A stretch of 64,000 nucleotides of DNA from a plasmid. The notes beneath the pieces were generated by a model. The model worked only from the letters and a program-made list of their open reading frames with translations. It did no database searches and was not told the origin of the DNA. This document shows positions 38,338 to 48,138 of the stretch, in pieces. The stretch lies in the sequence record NZ_CP017043.1. One strand, 5' to 3'. A program made the translations under genes and the position numbers. Numbering within the stretch: position 1 is the stretch's first letter; each line of letters starts with the position of its first letter.

Positions 38338-39423
38338 TTGTCCGTCCATAAAGACACAAAGCGCGGAACATGGTACGTAAAGATCAAATACACCGACTGG
38401 ACAGGCGAAAAGAGGGAAACGACCCGCAGAGGATTCGCAAAGAAAAAAGACGCGCAGCTATTTGAGCAGGATTTTCACCGGCAGAAACAAGGCGCTCATT
38501 CCATGACCTTCAAGGCATTATATGATCTATACATGGAGGACATAAAACCACGCATAAGACCTACAACATATCGAAGCAAGGAATATATGTTCACCTCAAA
38601 GGTGTTGCCGTTCTTCGCAAATTTGCCTTGCGACCAGATTACTCCTGCAAAAATACGGCAGTGGCAAAACGAACTTGTCAAAGGCGATTATCAAGAGACA
38701 TACCTCCGTACTATCAACAACCAAGTTGCAGCCATCTTCAACTTTGCGGTAAATTATTATGGTCTACCAACTAACCCCGCAAAACGAGCAGGGATGATCG
38801 GAAAGAGTCATGCCGATGCAATGAGATTCTGGACGGTTGATGATTTTCAAAAATTTATCAATCACACCACTACTCCACTATACAGAATTTCTTTTTTAAT
38901 CCTTTTCTGGACAGGGATGCGTGTTGGAGAGTTTTTGGCACTGACCTTGGAGGACTTTGATTTTGACAAAAATTTGATACACATAACCAAAAGCTACGCA
39001 CGGCTAGATAACAAGACTATAATCGGCCCGCCTAAGACACCAAAGAGCCGCCGTGATGTCAGCATCCCTGCATTTCTTGTCGATGAAGTCCAGCAGTTTA
39101 TCCAAGCGCAGCATTCAATCAATCCAAATGCACGATTATTTGAAACCGGTAAACATGGATTATCTTATGAAATGAAGCGTGTAGCTGCACAGGTTGGCAT
39201 AGAGAAAATTCGCCTTCATGATCTTAGGCACTCTCATGCCTCCTATCTCATTCACCGAGGAATACCGATCATAGCGATTTCACAACGCCTCGGTCATGAA
39301 AAAATCGAGACTACACTACAAACCTACGCTCACCTATATCCACAAGAGCGCGATATGATTATTGCTGCCATCGAAAGCGATCCGGCAACAAAAGGAGGGT
39401 CAAACGGGGGTCACGGAAAATAA
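38338..39423 (+). CDS. int: tyrosine site-specific recombinase (integrase)
   Basis: Core-binding N-terminal domain. Catalytic region with TGMRVGEFLALT (Arg I), LHDLRHSHASYL (His/Arg II) and TTLQTYAHL (Tyr). Confidence 0.9.
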   Translation: MSVHKDTKRGTWYVKIKYTDWTGEKRETTRRGFAKKKDAQLFEQDFHRQKQGAHSMTFKALYDLYMEDIKPRIRPTTYRSKEYMFTSKVLPFFANLPCDQITPAKIRQWQNELVKGDYQETYLRTINNQVAAIFNFAVNYYGLPTNPAKRAGMIGKSHADAMRFWTVDDFQKFINHTTTPLYRISFLILFWTGMRVGEFLALTLEDFDFDKNLIHITKSYARLDNKTIIGPPKTPKSRRDVSIPAFLVDEVQQFIQAQHSINPNARLFETGKHGLSYEMKRVAAQVGIEKIRLHDLRHSHASYLIHRGIPIIAISQRLGHEKIETTLQTYAHLYPQERDMIIAAIESDPATKGGSNGGHGK

Positions 39424-39470
39424 ATAAGCGCAGATACCCTTGATATACAAGGCGCTCTGCGCTTATTTCT
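39422..39470 (+). terminator. hairpin overlapping the integrase stop codon
   Basis: aaataagcgcag...22-nt loop...ctgcgcttattt is a perfect 12-bp stem. The trailing U-run is weak. Confidence 0.4.
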
Positions 39471-39616
39471 ACTATTCGAGTTCAACTATACCACATTAAC
39501 ATTGTTTTGCAACCCCTGTATTTCAGCCCTTTTCATTCTCTCTATTCTACGGATTCTCCATATTCTACATCTTTTTCGAGTTTTTCGGGGTCAAATGAGG
39601 GTCAGAGGATTCCTCA

Positions 39617-40072
39617 TCAAAAAGGAATATCGTCATCATCAGCAGACATGACCTGCTGGAAAAGCGATTCGTCACTCTGATCCTCCTCCGGGATCGGCTG
39701 CTGGCTTTCCGGATCTGCCATCGAGTTGAGGGCGTTCGCCGAGACCATAGTCGCCTGTTTCGGCGTCAAGAACTCAATGTTGTTCGCCACAACCATCGTT
39801 GCATATCTTTTCTGACCGTTTTTTTCATAGGTATTTACGTCCAGCCGACCGATCACGTTGACAAGATGTCCTTTGGACAGTGATTTTTTGCAGGATTCGG
39901 CCAGCGCATTCCACGCCTCGATGTAGAAATAATTGACGGGATACCGTCCCCTCTCGTCTTTTTTGAATCCCTTGCGTACAGCAAGAGGAAAATGAATGAC
40001 AAGGTGCCCTGCCTGTGTGGTGTACTCGCTGATCTTGGCTGCGAGGCGGCCGCTTAATACAACCTGATTCAT
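39617..40072 (-). CDS. ssb: single-stranded DNA-binding protein
   Basis: OB-fold N-terminus and an acidic C-terminal tail ending DDDIPF. Confidence 0.85.
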   Translation of the reverse strand: MNQVVLSGRLAAKISEYTTQAGHLVIHFPLAVRKGFKKDERGRYPVNYFYIEAWNALAESCKKSLSKGHLVNVIGRLDVNTYEKNGQKRYATMVVANNIEFLTPKQATMVSANALNSMADPESQQPIPEEDQSDESLFQQVMSADDDDIPF

Positions 40073-40382
40073 ATTTATCCCTCCTATGAGTTATTTATGA
40101 TGTGTTCTTATATCTTTATGAATTGGGGAAAGGTTTAAGATGTGGTTATGAACATTTTAGTATGAAATATGATGGGTTTGCCATTCGTTCATAGCCCGTT
40201 AGGAAATCATCTGATATTTTTCAGAATATCTCTTAACAGGCTATGAACCTAGATACCTCATTTCGTCTGTGCGCCACACTTATCGCACGCACCTGGATGA
40301 TCCTGACGATTCCCGCAGCTGGGGCATTCAAACGTAGCCATATGTACCATTCTTCTCACCTCCTCACGGTTCATCATCCATA

Positions 40383-42665
40383 TCATGAAAGATTGGGAAG
40401 GCCATCTTTGTCCCAAACAGGAGCAGCTCCGCAGCGGTCAGAGCAATACCAATAGTATACCCCCTTCTTCTTTTTGCTCTCAGCTCGTTTCAGATACCCC
40501 TTGCCGCATTCGGGACACACAACAATCACAGGTTTATCTTTATGATCTGAAAATGCAGCATTGCAGACCTCTCGATCTTCGCACGACCAAAATGTTCCGA
40601 ACTTCCCCTTGACTTGACGCAGCACCTTTCCGCAGCGCGGACATTTGTCTGTGCGTTTATCTTCCTTTTTGGCCGCGAAGTCCGGCTTTCCCTTTTTATC
40701 GGGCGCCATCGTTTTGCAGTCGGGGTAGCCGGAGCATCCCCAAAAAGCACCAAACTTTCCTTTACGCAGCCGCATTGGCTTCCCGCAATTCGGGCACGTC
40801 GGAAGATCCTTGTTGGTCTGCAGCTGCACATTCTTCGCATCAGCAAGCAGCTCATTGAGAATATCAACTTGTTTCGTCAAAAAGGAATCCAGAGGAATGG
40901 ATCCGTCTGCGATCCGATCCAGATCGGCTTCCCACAACGCCGTTGTGTCCGGATATGTGATTTTGTCCGGCAGCATGGATATGACCATACGCCCCAGCTC
41001 AGTAGGAACAAGATATTTCTTCTCCGTGGCGACGGAGCGCGCTTTTTTCAATCCCTCGATAATCCCGGCTCGTGTAGCCTCTGTCCCGATTCCTTTGCAC
41101 TCCTTGAGACTTGCGGCAAGCTCCTTATCCTTGACATATTTATGGATTTCTTTCATTGCCTGGAGCAGCGTGGCGTCGGTAAAGCGCTTTGGCGGTGTTG
41201 TAACTTTCTCTTTGACCACTCCGTGGTCATATCGTATGACATCACCTTCTGCGACTGCTGGAAGCACAGGAGCTTCTTCACCGTCTTCATCCGGATCCTT
41301 TTTATCCTTCTGGTAAATTTCCTTCCAGCCCATTGTCAGGATCGTTTTTCCGTTCCCGACGAATTCCTCATCCGCACACGAGATGATGACTTTGGTCGCC
41401 TGGTATGTATGGATGGGATAGAACTGGGCAAGATAGGCTTTTACCACGAGCAAATAGAGTTTCTTTTGCTCATCAGATAACTTTGTCAGATCTGCTGGGA
41501 CTGTTGTTGGAATCAGCGCGTGATGCGCCGAGATCTTCGCATCGTTCCATGCACGAGACACAATCTTCACATCAGCCCGCGCAGCGAATTCATCCAGGTG
41601 CTCCTCTGAGATGCCTTCTATATTCCTTATAACTGCTGCTGCATCGCTCAGCTGGTTGGTTGGCAAATACTCACAATCGGAACGCGGATACGTTGTCAGC
41701 TTCATCTCATAGAGCGACTGCATGGCATCGAGCACCTGCTGCGGCGACAGGCCGAATCTTCGTCCGGCTTCCACCTGCAGCGTAGACAGGCTGTAAGGAA
41801 GGCGCTGTCCTTCCTGCTTTTTCTTCTGCTCAACAGCAATAATTTGAGCGCCGTCTCCATGATTGGCCGCAGACTCTATTTTGGAAAGCAACCCCTCCGC
41901 AATTTCTTTTGAAAGCAGCCGATTTTCAGAATCAAGTCCTTCCATATCGGGCTTGCATTTCCATGCTGTTGGTATGCTGCCGTTTTCGTGCTGCCATGTC
42001 ACCTGCAGCACATAATGCGTTGTCGGTCTAAATTGACGAATCTCCTCTTCACGCCTCACAACGAGTGCGAGCGTCGGCGTTTGGACACGACCGACATGGA
42101 CAACGGAATCATATCCTGCGTCTCTGCTCTTGATCGTATAAGCGCGAGAGAGATTCATCCCGACGAGCCAATCTGCCTGGCTGCGTGCGAGAGCGCTGTC
42201 CCGAAGACCTGTATAGTCTTTATTATCCCGCAAGTCTCCGAGCGCCTGAACCACGCTTTTCTGATCCAGTGCATTCAGAAGGATCCGCTTCACCGGCTTC
42301 TTGTTGCTAATATAGAGCAAAACCTCATCAATCAGCAGCTGACCCTCGCGATCTGGGTCTCCTGCATTGATGATATAGTCTGCTTTTTTTGCAAGCTCCT
42401 TGATAATCTTGAACTGCTTCGCTGCGTCTTTCTTGACCTTCAGCTTCCATTCATCAGGGACGATGGGAAGATCGTCCATCGCCCATTTTTTATAGCGCTC
42501 GTCATATTCACCCGGATCGTATTGCTCCAGCACATGGCCAAAACACCAAGTAACGATGTCCTGGCCATTGTTAATCTCAATGCAGCCGTCTTTGGAAGTG
42601 CCCTTCCCTAGATTTTCTGCAATCGCTCGGCCTAAACTTGGCTTTTCAGCGATAAATAAGCGCAT
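40383..42665 (-). CDS. topB: DNA topoisomerase III (type IA) with C-terminal zinc ribbons
   Basis: TOPRIM start MRLFIAEKPSLGRAIA. 760 aa. Three C-terminal C4 zinc-ribbon repeats (CPNCGKPMRLRKGKFGAFWGCSGYPDC, CPRCGKVLRQVKGKFGTFWSC, CPECGKGYL...YYWYCSDRC). Confidence 0.9.
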   Translation of the reverse strand: MRLFIAEKPSLGRAIAENLGKGTSKDGCIEINNGQDIVTWCFGHVLEQYDPGEYDERYKKWAMDDLPIVPDEWKLKVKKDAAKQFKIIKELAKKADYIINAGDPDREGQLLIDEVLLYISNKKPVKRILLNALDQKSVVQALGDLRDNKDYTGLRDSALARSQADWLVGMNLSRAYTIKSRDAGYDSVVHVGRVQTPTLALVVRREEEIRQFRPTTHYVLQVTWQHENGSIPTAWKCKPDMEGLDSENRLLSKEIAEGLLSKIESAANHGDGAQIIAVEQKKKQEGQRLPYSLSTLQVEAGRRFGLSPQQVLDAMQSLYEMKLTTYPRSDCEYLPTNQLSDAAAVIRNIEGISEEHLDEFAARADVKIVSRAWNDAKISAHHALIPTTVPADLTKLSDEQKKLYLLVVKAYLAQFYPIHTYQATKVIISCADEEFVGNGKTILTMGWKEIYQKDKKDPDEDGEEAPVLPAVAEGDVIRYDHGVVKEKVTTPPKRFTDATLLQAMKEIHKYVKDKELAASLKECKGIGTEATRAGIIEGLKKARSVATEKKYLVPTELGRMVISMLPDKITYPDTTALWEADLDRIADGSIPLDSFLTKQVDILNELLADAKNVQLQTNKDLPTCPNCGKPMRLRKGKFGAFWGCSGYPDCKTMAPDKKGKPDFAAKKEDKRTDKCPRCGKVLRQVKGKFGTFWSCEDREVCNAAFSDHKDKPVIVVCPECGKGYLKRAESKKKKGVYYWYCSDRCGAAPVWDKDGLPNLS

Positions 42666-42733
42666 ATAGCAAGCCCCCTTTCAGGATAAGTATATCCCGA
42701 AAAGGGGCTTGAAATTCCTATCATTTTTCAAAA

Positions 42734-43084
42734 CTAGATCAGGTTGTACTCTTTCAATTTCTCCATTCCTATACTTTGATCAATATAGTGGCTCTCGTCA
42801 TAGTCAAGCGGACGTGATTTTTGTGCCTCAAAGACACGGACATCATTTGAGTCGTCTCCCTCTTCCCCTATGTGAGATTTTATAAATTCGGAAGTCGGTA
42901 CATCTAAAGCTCTGGCGATTTCCCCTAACAACAAGGAATCCCTTGTAGGACCGCCCTCGCTCATGAGACGAATAAAAAGATCGTGCTTTGTCCTCGTATG
43001 GCACTCAGCTTCGACTTCCTCAATAGTCATCCCGCGCATTCTGATAAAATTGTTCAGCCTCTTTGCATCTACCCAGTACAACAT
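42734..43084 (-). CDS. HTH-domain protein (116 aa)
   Basis: IRMRGMTIEEVEAECHTRTKHDLFIRLMSEGGPTRDSLLLGEIARALDVPTSEF is an XRE-like HTH. Confidence 0.55.
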   Translation of the reverse strand: MLYWVDAKRLNNFIRMRGMTIEEVEAECHTRTKHDLFIRLMSEGGPTRDSLLLGEIARALDVPTSEFIKSHIGEEGDDSNDVRVFEAQKSRPLDYDESHYIDQSIGMEKLKEYNLI

Positions 43085-43098
43085 ATCAATGCCTCCTA

Positions 43099-44022
43099 CT
43101 ATCTGATATTATCATTGCTCTTTCTATACTTGTCGCACGCTTCTTGGAACGTCTTTCCCATTGTAATCAGAATATCTTTAAGCGCTCTCTGCGCTTCACT
43201 GGATACGCGAGTCGCAGAAATTTCTTTCATGAAATCATCTATCCTCATTGAAGGTTTATCGTCAATAACATCTCTGCTGATAATTGTACGCAATCCCAAA
43301 TCACAAGCAAGGTGAATAGTATCTCCGTTGTCCGGAATAAATTGAACCTGCATAAAGCGGTTTTGCAGGTCAGATTGTCGAAAATGGCATTTTTCAATAT
43401 AGCTATCCAAAAACCCACTGTGTGTAAAGTCACATTTCTTAAAAGTGGCTTCATCAAAAGTACATTGTATAAAGGCTACATTCAAAAACTTGTTATCGGT
43501 AAATACAGACGTAGAAAAATCGGCACAAACCGGATTTACCGCCAAAAAACGATTCCCTTCGAGATGACAATTTTTTTCAAGCCAGACATGGTTGAGATTT
43601 GCTTCACGAAACACATTATCCGAAAATCGACACTGGTTGAATTTTGATTTTCCCAACATTGTGTTCTGCAGATCACATTGATTGATTCTACATACAGACA
43701 TAGTTGTTTGTAGAATTTTGGCATTTAAGAAATTGCAACTTTCAAAAGTAACGTCAGATATATTTGCATTGCTTAATTGTGCATCAGTGAAATCACAATC
43801 CTTAAAATGCAGACGTTCCATGGAAACGCCCGACAAGTCCGCTCCACGAAAAATCATGGAGTGAAACGGATGGATTTCGTTTGAGGAGCAAAAATCAAAA
43901 CCCCGTAAATCACAATTTGTAAAATCTGCTTGTCTGCCGGATTCGTGATTCGTTTGCATCCATCGGTCATGATCGCTTAGAATCCGGCGCACCTCATCCG
44001 AAGAAACCTGCCGTCTATCCAT
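43099..44022 (-). CDS. pentapeptide-repeat protein (307 aa)
   Basis: Long run of A(D/N)LxG-type pentapeptides: CDLRGFDF...FRGADLSGVSMERLHFKDCDFTDAQLSNANISDVTFESCNFLNAKIL... Confidence 0.85.
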   Translation of the reverse strand: MDRRQVSSDEVRRILSDHDRWMQTNHESGRQADFTNCDLRGFDFCSSNEIHPFHSMIFRGADLSGVSMERLHFKDCDFTDAQLSNANISDVTFESCNFLNAKILQTTMSVCRINQCDLQNTMLGKSKFNQCRFSDNVFREANLNHVWLEKNCHLEGNRFLAVNPVCADFSTSVFTDNKFLNVAFIQCTFDEATFKKCDFTHSGFLDSYIEKCHFRQSDLQNRFMQVQFIPDNGDTIHLACDLGLRTIISRDVIDDKPSMRIDDFMKEISATRVSSEAQRALKDILITMGKTFQEACDKYRKSNDNIR

Positions 44023-44055
44023 ATACTATCACCCTCGCCGCATCCATGTCAAAAG

Positions 44056-44439
44056 CTATTGCATTGTATTTTCGGATTCGTAAGCATTCTCCTGCGGAGT
44101 GGTCTCAATATCCTCCGTGGAAGGATTTTCCTCGGACGTTCCTCCCGAGGATTCTTCCACAGGAGCTTCTTGTGTTGCTATCGGCGTCAGCTCGTTCGAT
44201 CGTGACTGCAGCCACGCCAGCACATCCTCGACAGGAATGCGTGAAAGGTCAATCGAGCCTCCATTTTTATTCAGTGCAGCTTGCAGCGCATCTGTCCATT
44301 TTTTATTTCGCGCGTTGTTGATCGCGCTCATTTCTTTTCGTACTTGCTGGATGCGCTTCTCCGTCGCCTTTTGCTTCGACAGCAGATCATCCAGTTTTTC
44401 TTGCTTCTTGGCAAGACGATCCATTGCACTTTTCGCCAT
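44056..44439 (-). CDS. coiled-coil hypothetical protein (127 aa)
   Basis: ORF track. Helical N-terminus with an acidic S/T-rich tail. Confidence 0.45.
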   Translation of the reverse strand: MAKSAMDRLAKKQEKLDDLLSKQKATEKRIQQVRKEMSAINNARNKKWTDALQAALNKNGGSIDLSRIPVEDVLAWLQSRSNELTPIATQEAPVEESSGGTSEENPSTEDIETTPQENAYESENTMQ

Positions 44440-44467
44440 TGCAGAATCATGTCCTTTCCGTCTCTGA

Positions 44468-44770
44468 TTATCCTAAATTGTTCATGGAGGCAAAACCGCC
44501 GGATGCAGCAGCTTTTCCGTGCTGGCACAGATACTCGCGGTTCATCACAAACAGCAGATATAGATCGTTCTCATTGTAGGAATCCAGAATACCGGCTTCC
44601 TCTGCAATGAGCCCGACACGCAAAAGCTTCTCATATCGAATTCTTTTGCGCTCCTTATCCATATCTGCTGAGACCGCATCCATCTGCTTTTTGGTTTCAA
44701 CCAGCTGCCGCTTTAAGCGTGCCAGTCTCTGCTGATTGCTCTCCACTGCCGCCACATCCTCCGCCGCCAA
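44468..44770 (-). CDS. hypothetical protein (100 aa)
   Basis: ORF track. Coiled-coil N-terminus. Its 5' side flanks the oriT candidate. Confidence 0.45.
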   Translation of the reverse strand: MAAEDVAAVESNQQRLARLKRQLVETKKQMDAVSADMDKERKRIRYEKLLRVGLIAEEAGILDSYNENDLYLLFVMNREYLCQHGKAAASGGFASMNNLG

Positions 44771-45077
44771 TGTTACGATTCAAGCAGAGTATACCATGCA
44801 CGCTCCCATTTTTCCCAAAATGGGAATCAAGTTTCCCGTTTGTTTCCCACTTTATTGTTCCCGTTTTGCTAGAATGGGAGTAACTGAAGTTACTCTAAGC
44901 TCACTTATGCATTTCAGCAGGCTGAAACGCCGTTCGACCCAATTCTTACGCCGCTTCGCGGGCGAATTTTTTTGTCGGTCGCCTACGCTCCCTGAACCTG
45001 CCGTTGGCAGTTTGGCGCTATCGCTTATCGTCGCTCCGCGCCGCAGATTTTTACGATCAACTTAGAAGAGAAAACGC
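44771..45077. other. candidate origin of transfer (oriT) upstream of the relaxase
   Basis: 307-bp non-coding stretch. Inverted repeats cccatttttcccaaaatggg (44805-44824) and gagtaactgaagttactc (44878-44895), and direct ttcccgtt/ttcccact iterons. It sits immediately 5' of the MOBQ relaxase gene. Confidence 0.45.
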
Positions 45078-48056
45078 ATGGCTTTATATCATTTTACGGT
45101 CAAAAATGACAAGCGCCCCAAGACAAAGACACAGATTCCGGCCGTCGAACATTCCGACTATATTAACCGCGAGGGAAAATATAAAAATGCAGATGAACGC
45201 CAGCCGCAAAGCATGGATAATGTTATATCCTCAAATCGCAAACTGGATGCGATCGACGGACGAACCGTTTTGCTTTATTCCAGTCCATATGGAAAAATCA
45301 CCAATACGGAAAAAGGGATTGCAGTCACGGATGATCCATCCTATGACACAATCTCAATGGCGCTCATGGTAGCAAAAGAGACCATGGACGAGCCTCTGAG
45401 CGTGAATGGCAGTCTTGCCTTCAAAGCAAAATGTATCCATGCTGCTGTTTTGGCCGATCTGCCAATTACCTTCAAAGATTCAAATATGCAGAGCGTCCTC
45501 GACAAGAAGCGAAAGGAGAAACAGGATGAGCGAGAACGATTTAGAGAACAAGGTGGACGAGTTATCATCCGCAAGAACATTCCAAAGCCCGACATTGACG
45601 AAAATCAGCGTGGAAATGCCGAGACTGTTACCATCGGAACCTTACCCACAATGCGTCAACTGCCCAAACTCCCTGTGGATGGCACTCGATCAGAGGACGC
45701 TGCGTTGCTGGTGTCAAGTGATGAGAGTGGTCAGCTGGGACACGACGGAGACACACGCAATCCCCCTGTGCGATGGGATCTATCTGACGGACGAGAACAG
45801 TACGCTCGAAGAACCGCAAGACGAATCCTAGACAACATCGAAAGCAACATGGATGCGATATACGCACAGCGCCATGTTGAGTACATCAACCGAGAAAAAG
45901 CATTTTCGGAGCGCGGCGATTGCGTCTATAAGCAGCACCATCTTCCCAAATGGGCGAAGGATTCGCCCAGCGTCTTTTTTCGAGCAGCAGACCGTTACTC
46001 TCCAAAAAACGCAGCACGATATAAGGAGCTCGAATTTGCTCTGCAAAACGAATTGACCTTGGAGCAAAACCTAGAGATTGTGAATAGATTCATCCAAGAG
46101 AACCTGCCGGATCATTACTATACGCTCGCCGTACATGATAAAATCGGCGCGATGTCTGACGGGACACATAATCTTCATGTTCATCTGGTGTTCTCCACCC
46201 GTCTGATTGACGAAGTAGAAAAAAAGAAAGAGCGGAAGCGATCCGCTTACTTTCGCTATCCGCTGCGTGATAATGTAAAGGAAAAAACCGAAGATGCGAT
46301 GCGCAGCCATGGAGCGCCTATCGACCGCAAATGGTCAGATCGCACCTACGTCCCACATTTGCGGGCATCTTATGAAGAAATCGTAAACTCTGTACTAGAG
46401 AGATATGGATACAGCGCAAGAATAGACCATCGCAGCCTAAAAGCGCAAGAACAGGAAGCCCGCATGAATGGGGATATTGTTCTTGCCAATCTCTTGCACC
46501 GTATCCCGGAGGAGCACATCAGCAAGCACGGTGTGCTTGAGGAGAGCAATCCGCAGGTGCAGCGGATTAAGAAATACCGCATCCACAAGAAAGAGTATCA
46601 AGATTTACTGTTTGCGGCCGAACTTGTCGCCCACGGCATAGAGGAGGATGAGCGAAAAGAGAAGACGGGACGGCTCAAGAAAAATATCAAAGCGGTCGTA
46701 TCATCGAACGAGTTCATCGAAAGTGAAAACGACGCCAATTCACATATTGGCGAACTCCGAGACAGCTTCGTTGAAGCCGTCCATGCACATGAGCACTTAC
46801 AGCGGATGCTGGTGTCTGCCGAGGATGCACGCGAAAACGCAAAACTCGAGTATATGACGCCGGAGGAGAAAGAAACCTATCAAGCGTATAAGAAGCTTCT
46901 GTCGGACATCCAGCGTTGGACAGATTTTAAGGAAAACCTGTCAGAACCTAAAAATCCGACAAACGAAGAGCTAGCTGCATATCGGCAGCTATTGCCCGCG
47001 CTCGATGAAAAGCTGTCGAACCTCCAGCAGGAAAAAGCCCTGCTTCAGGACAAAATAGATGAACTGGAAATTCGATTGCAGAATACAGATATACAGAAAC
47101 AGATTCAGCTCATCACGCACAAGACGCTGCAGGCCAATGTCAAAATACGCAAAGAGCTGGCGAAGGCCGAGCAAAACCTGGAAATATCCATACGCGCGCT
47201 GGAGCAAGGCTTATTCTCGGAAACACACGCTGAAAATCAGCAAGACACCTATACAACGCATCAGCTCTATTCCATCATACGAAAGCGATTTTACGGCTAT
47301 AAGAAGGAAGTGGAGCGACTGCAAAAACAGCTGGACGCAGCAAAAAAGAAGGTCTTGTCTATGGATCGCGCATTACAGATGGCAAGCAACATCTACACAA
47401 AGGGCGGTCTGAAAAAACTGCGCGAGGATCTGCGCAGCCTGAAAAAGAAGGAAGGCTACCTGCAAAGCGATCAGGCGAAACTAGAGCAAGACATCGCAGC
47501 GTTTCGCAAGCTGCCGACGCCGCCCTCTACGGATCGCGACCTGTACGCAGAATATCAAGAACGGTACAGCGCCCTCGCCTCACGGCGTGACGAGCTGAAT
47601 CAACGGATCCATGACCTGGCAAATCAAAAAATCGAGCTGGAGCAGCGGAAGAAACGACTGGCCGCTCAGATCGACTCGCCGCAAGGGAAGGCCAAAATCA
47701 AAGATATTGCGCTTGGTATCATGAAGAAAAATGCTCCCTATCAAGAGCAATATGATACGCTGCAGGGACGCCTGGAACGAGCAACAGGAAAAATGAACCG
47801 TGCAAAGGTGCAAATGGAGGCGCTGGCCAAAGCGGTACAAAAAGATAAGGGCAACACACAGCGTTATAAAGTAGCTGCACCCGTAAAAGCCAAAGACATG
47901 CCTAGCATTATCGCCGAAGCAGTGTCCGGAAACTCACACTATGCGAGTTTGGTCGCAACGATGCGGGATGATAATAGGGCGCTAAAGACGTGGACGCTCA
48001 TGTCCGAGGCTGCCAAGGCAGAAGAGGCAAATAAAAGATACTACCAAGATCTATAA
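45078..48056 (+). CDS. mobA: conjugative relaxase, MobA/MobL (MOBQ) family, with a long C-terminal coiled-coil domain
   Basis: N-terminus MALYHFTVKNDKRPKTKTQIPAVEHSDYINREGKY (MobA_MobL motif I with catalytic Tyr). His triad HNLHVHLVFSTR. 992 aa with a heptad-rich C-terminal half. Confidence 0.85.
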   Translation: MALYHFTVKNDKRPKTKTQIPAVEHSDYINREGKYKNADERQPQSMDNVISSNRKLDAIDGRTVLLYSSPYGKITNTEKGIAVTDDPSYDTISMALMVAKETMDEPLSVNGSLAFKAKCIHAAVLADLPITFKDSNMQSVLDKKRKEKQDERERFREQGGRVIIRKNIPKPDIDENQRGNAETVTIGTLPTMRQLPKLPVDGTRSEDAALLVSSDESGQLGHDGDTRNPPVRWDLSDGREQYARRTARRILDNIESNMDAIYAQRHVEYINREKAFSERGDCVYKQHHLPKWAKDSPSVFFRAADRYSPKNAARYKELEFALQNELTLEQNLEIVNRFIQENLPDHYYTLAVHDKIGAMSDGTHNLHVHLVFSTRLIDEVEKKKERKRSAYFRYPLRDNVKEKTEDAMRSHGAPIDRKWSDRTYVPHLRASYEEIVNSVLERYGYSARIDHRSLKAQEQEARMNGDIVLANLLHRIPEEHISKHGVLEESNPQVQRIKKYRIHKKEYQDLLFAAELVAHGIEEDERKEKTGRLKKNIKAVVSSNEFIESENDANSHIGELRDSFVEAVHAHEHLQRMLVSAEDARENAKLEYMTPEEKETYQAYKKLLSDIQRWTDFKENLSEPKNPTNEELAAYRQLLPALDEKLSNLQQEKALLQDKIDELEIRLQNTDIQKQIQLITHKTLQANVKIRKELAKAEQNLEISIRALEQGLFSETHAENQQDTYTTHQLYSIIRKRFYGYKKEVERLQKQLDAAKKKVLSMDRALQMASNIYTKGGLKKLREDLRSLKKKEGYLQSDQAKLEQDIAAFRKLPTPPSTDRDLYAEYQERYSALASRRDELNQRIHDLANQKIELEQRKKRLAAQIDSPQGKAKIKDIALGIMKKNAPYQEQYDTLQGRLERATGKMNRAKVQMEALAKAVQKDKGNTQRYKVAAPVKAKDMPSIIAEAVSGNSHYASLVATMRDDNRALKTWTLMSEAAKAEEANKRYYQDL

Positions 48057-48064
48057 GCGAACAC

Positions 48065-48097
48065 AAAAAGAAGCTCTCCATCGAAGAGCTTCTTTTT
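48065..48097. terminator. bidirectional rho-independent terminator
   Basis: aaaaagaagctct-ccatcg-agagcttcttttt is a perfect 13-bp stem flanked by A and T runs, between convergent genes. Confidence 0.6.
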
Positions 48098-48138
48098 ATA
48101 TCCAGCAATACGTAAGCTATGCTTTGTGTAATGAAATT

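Noticed and set aside
39424-39616. Integrase 3' flank as the boundary of the whole conjugative element
   Set aside because: SSB, topoisomerase III, relaxase, partition and further T4SS genes continue beyond it, so int is internal. The boundary idea is kept only as a possible nested-element junction.
40614-41480. 288-aa and 168-aa plus-strand ORFs inside topB
   Set aside because: They are antisense to the intact topoisomerase III gene.
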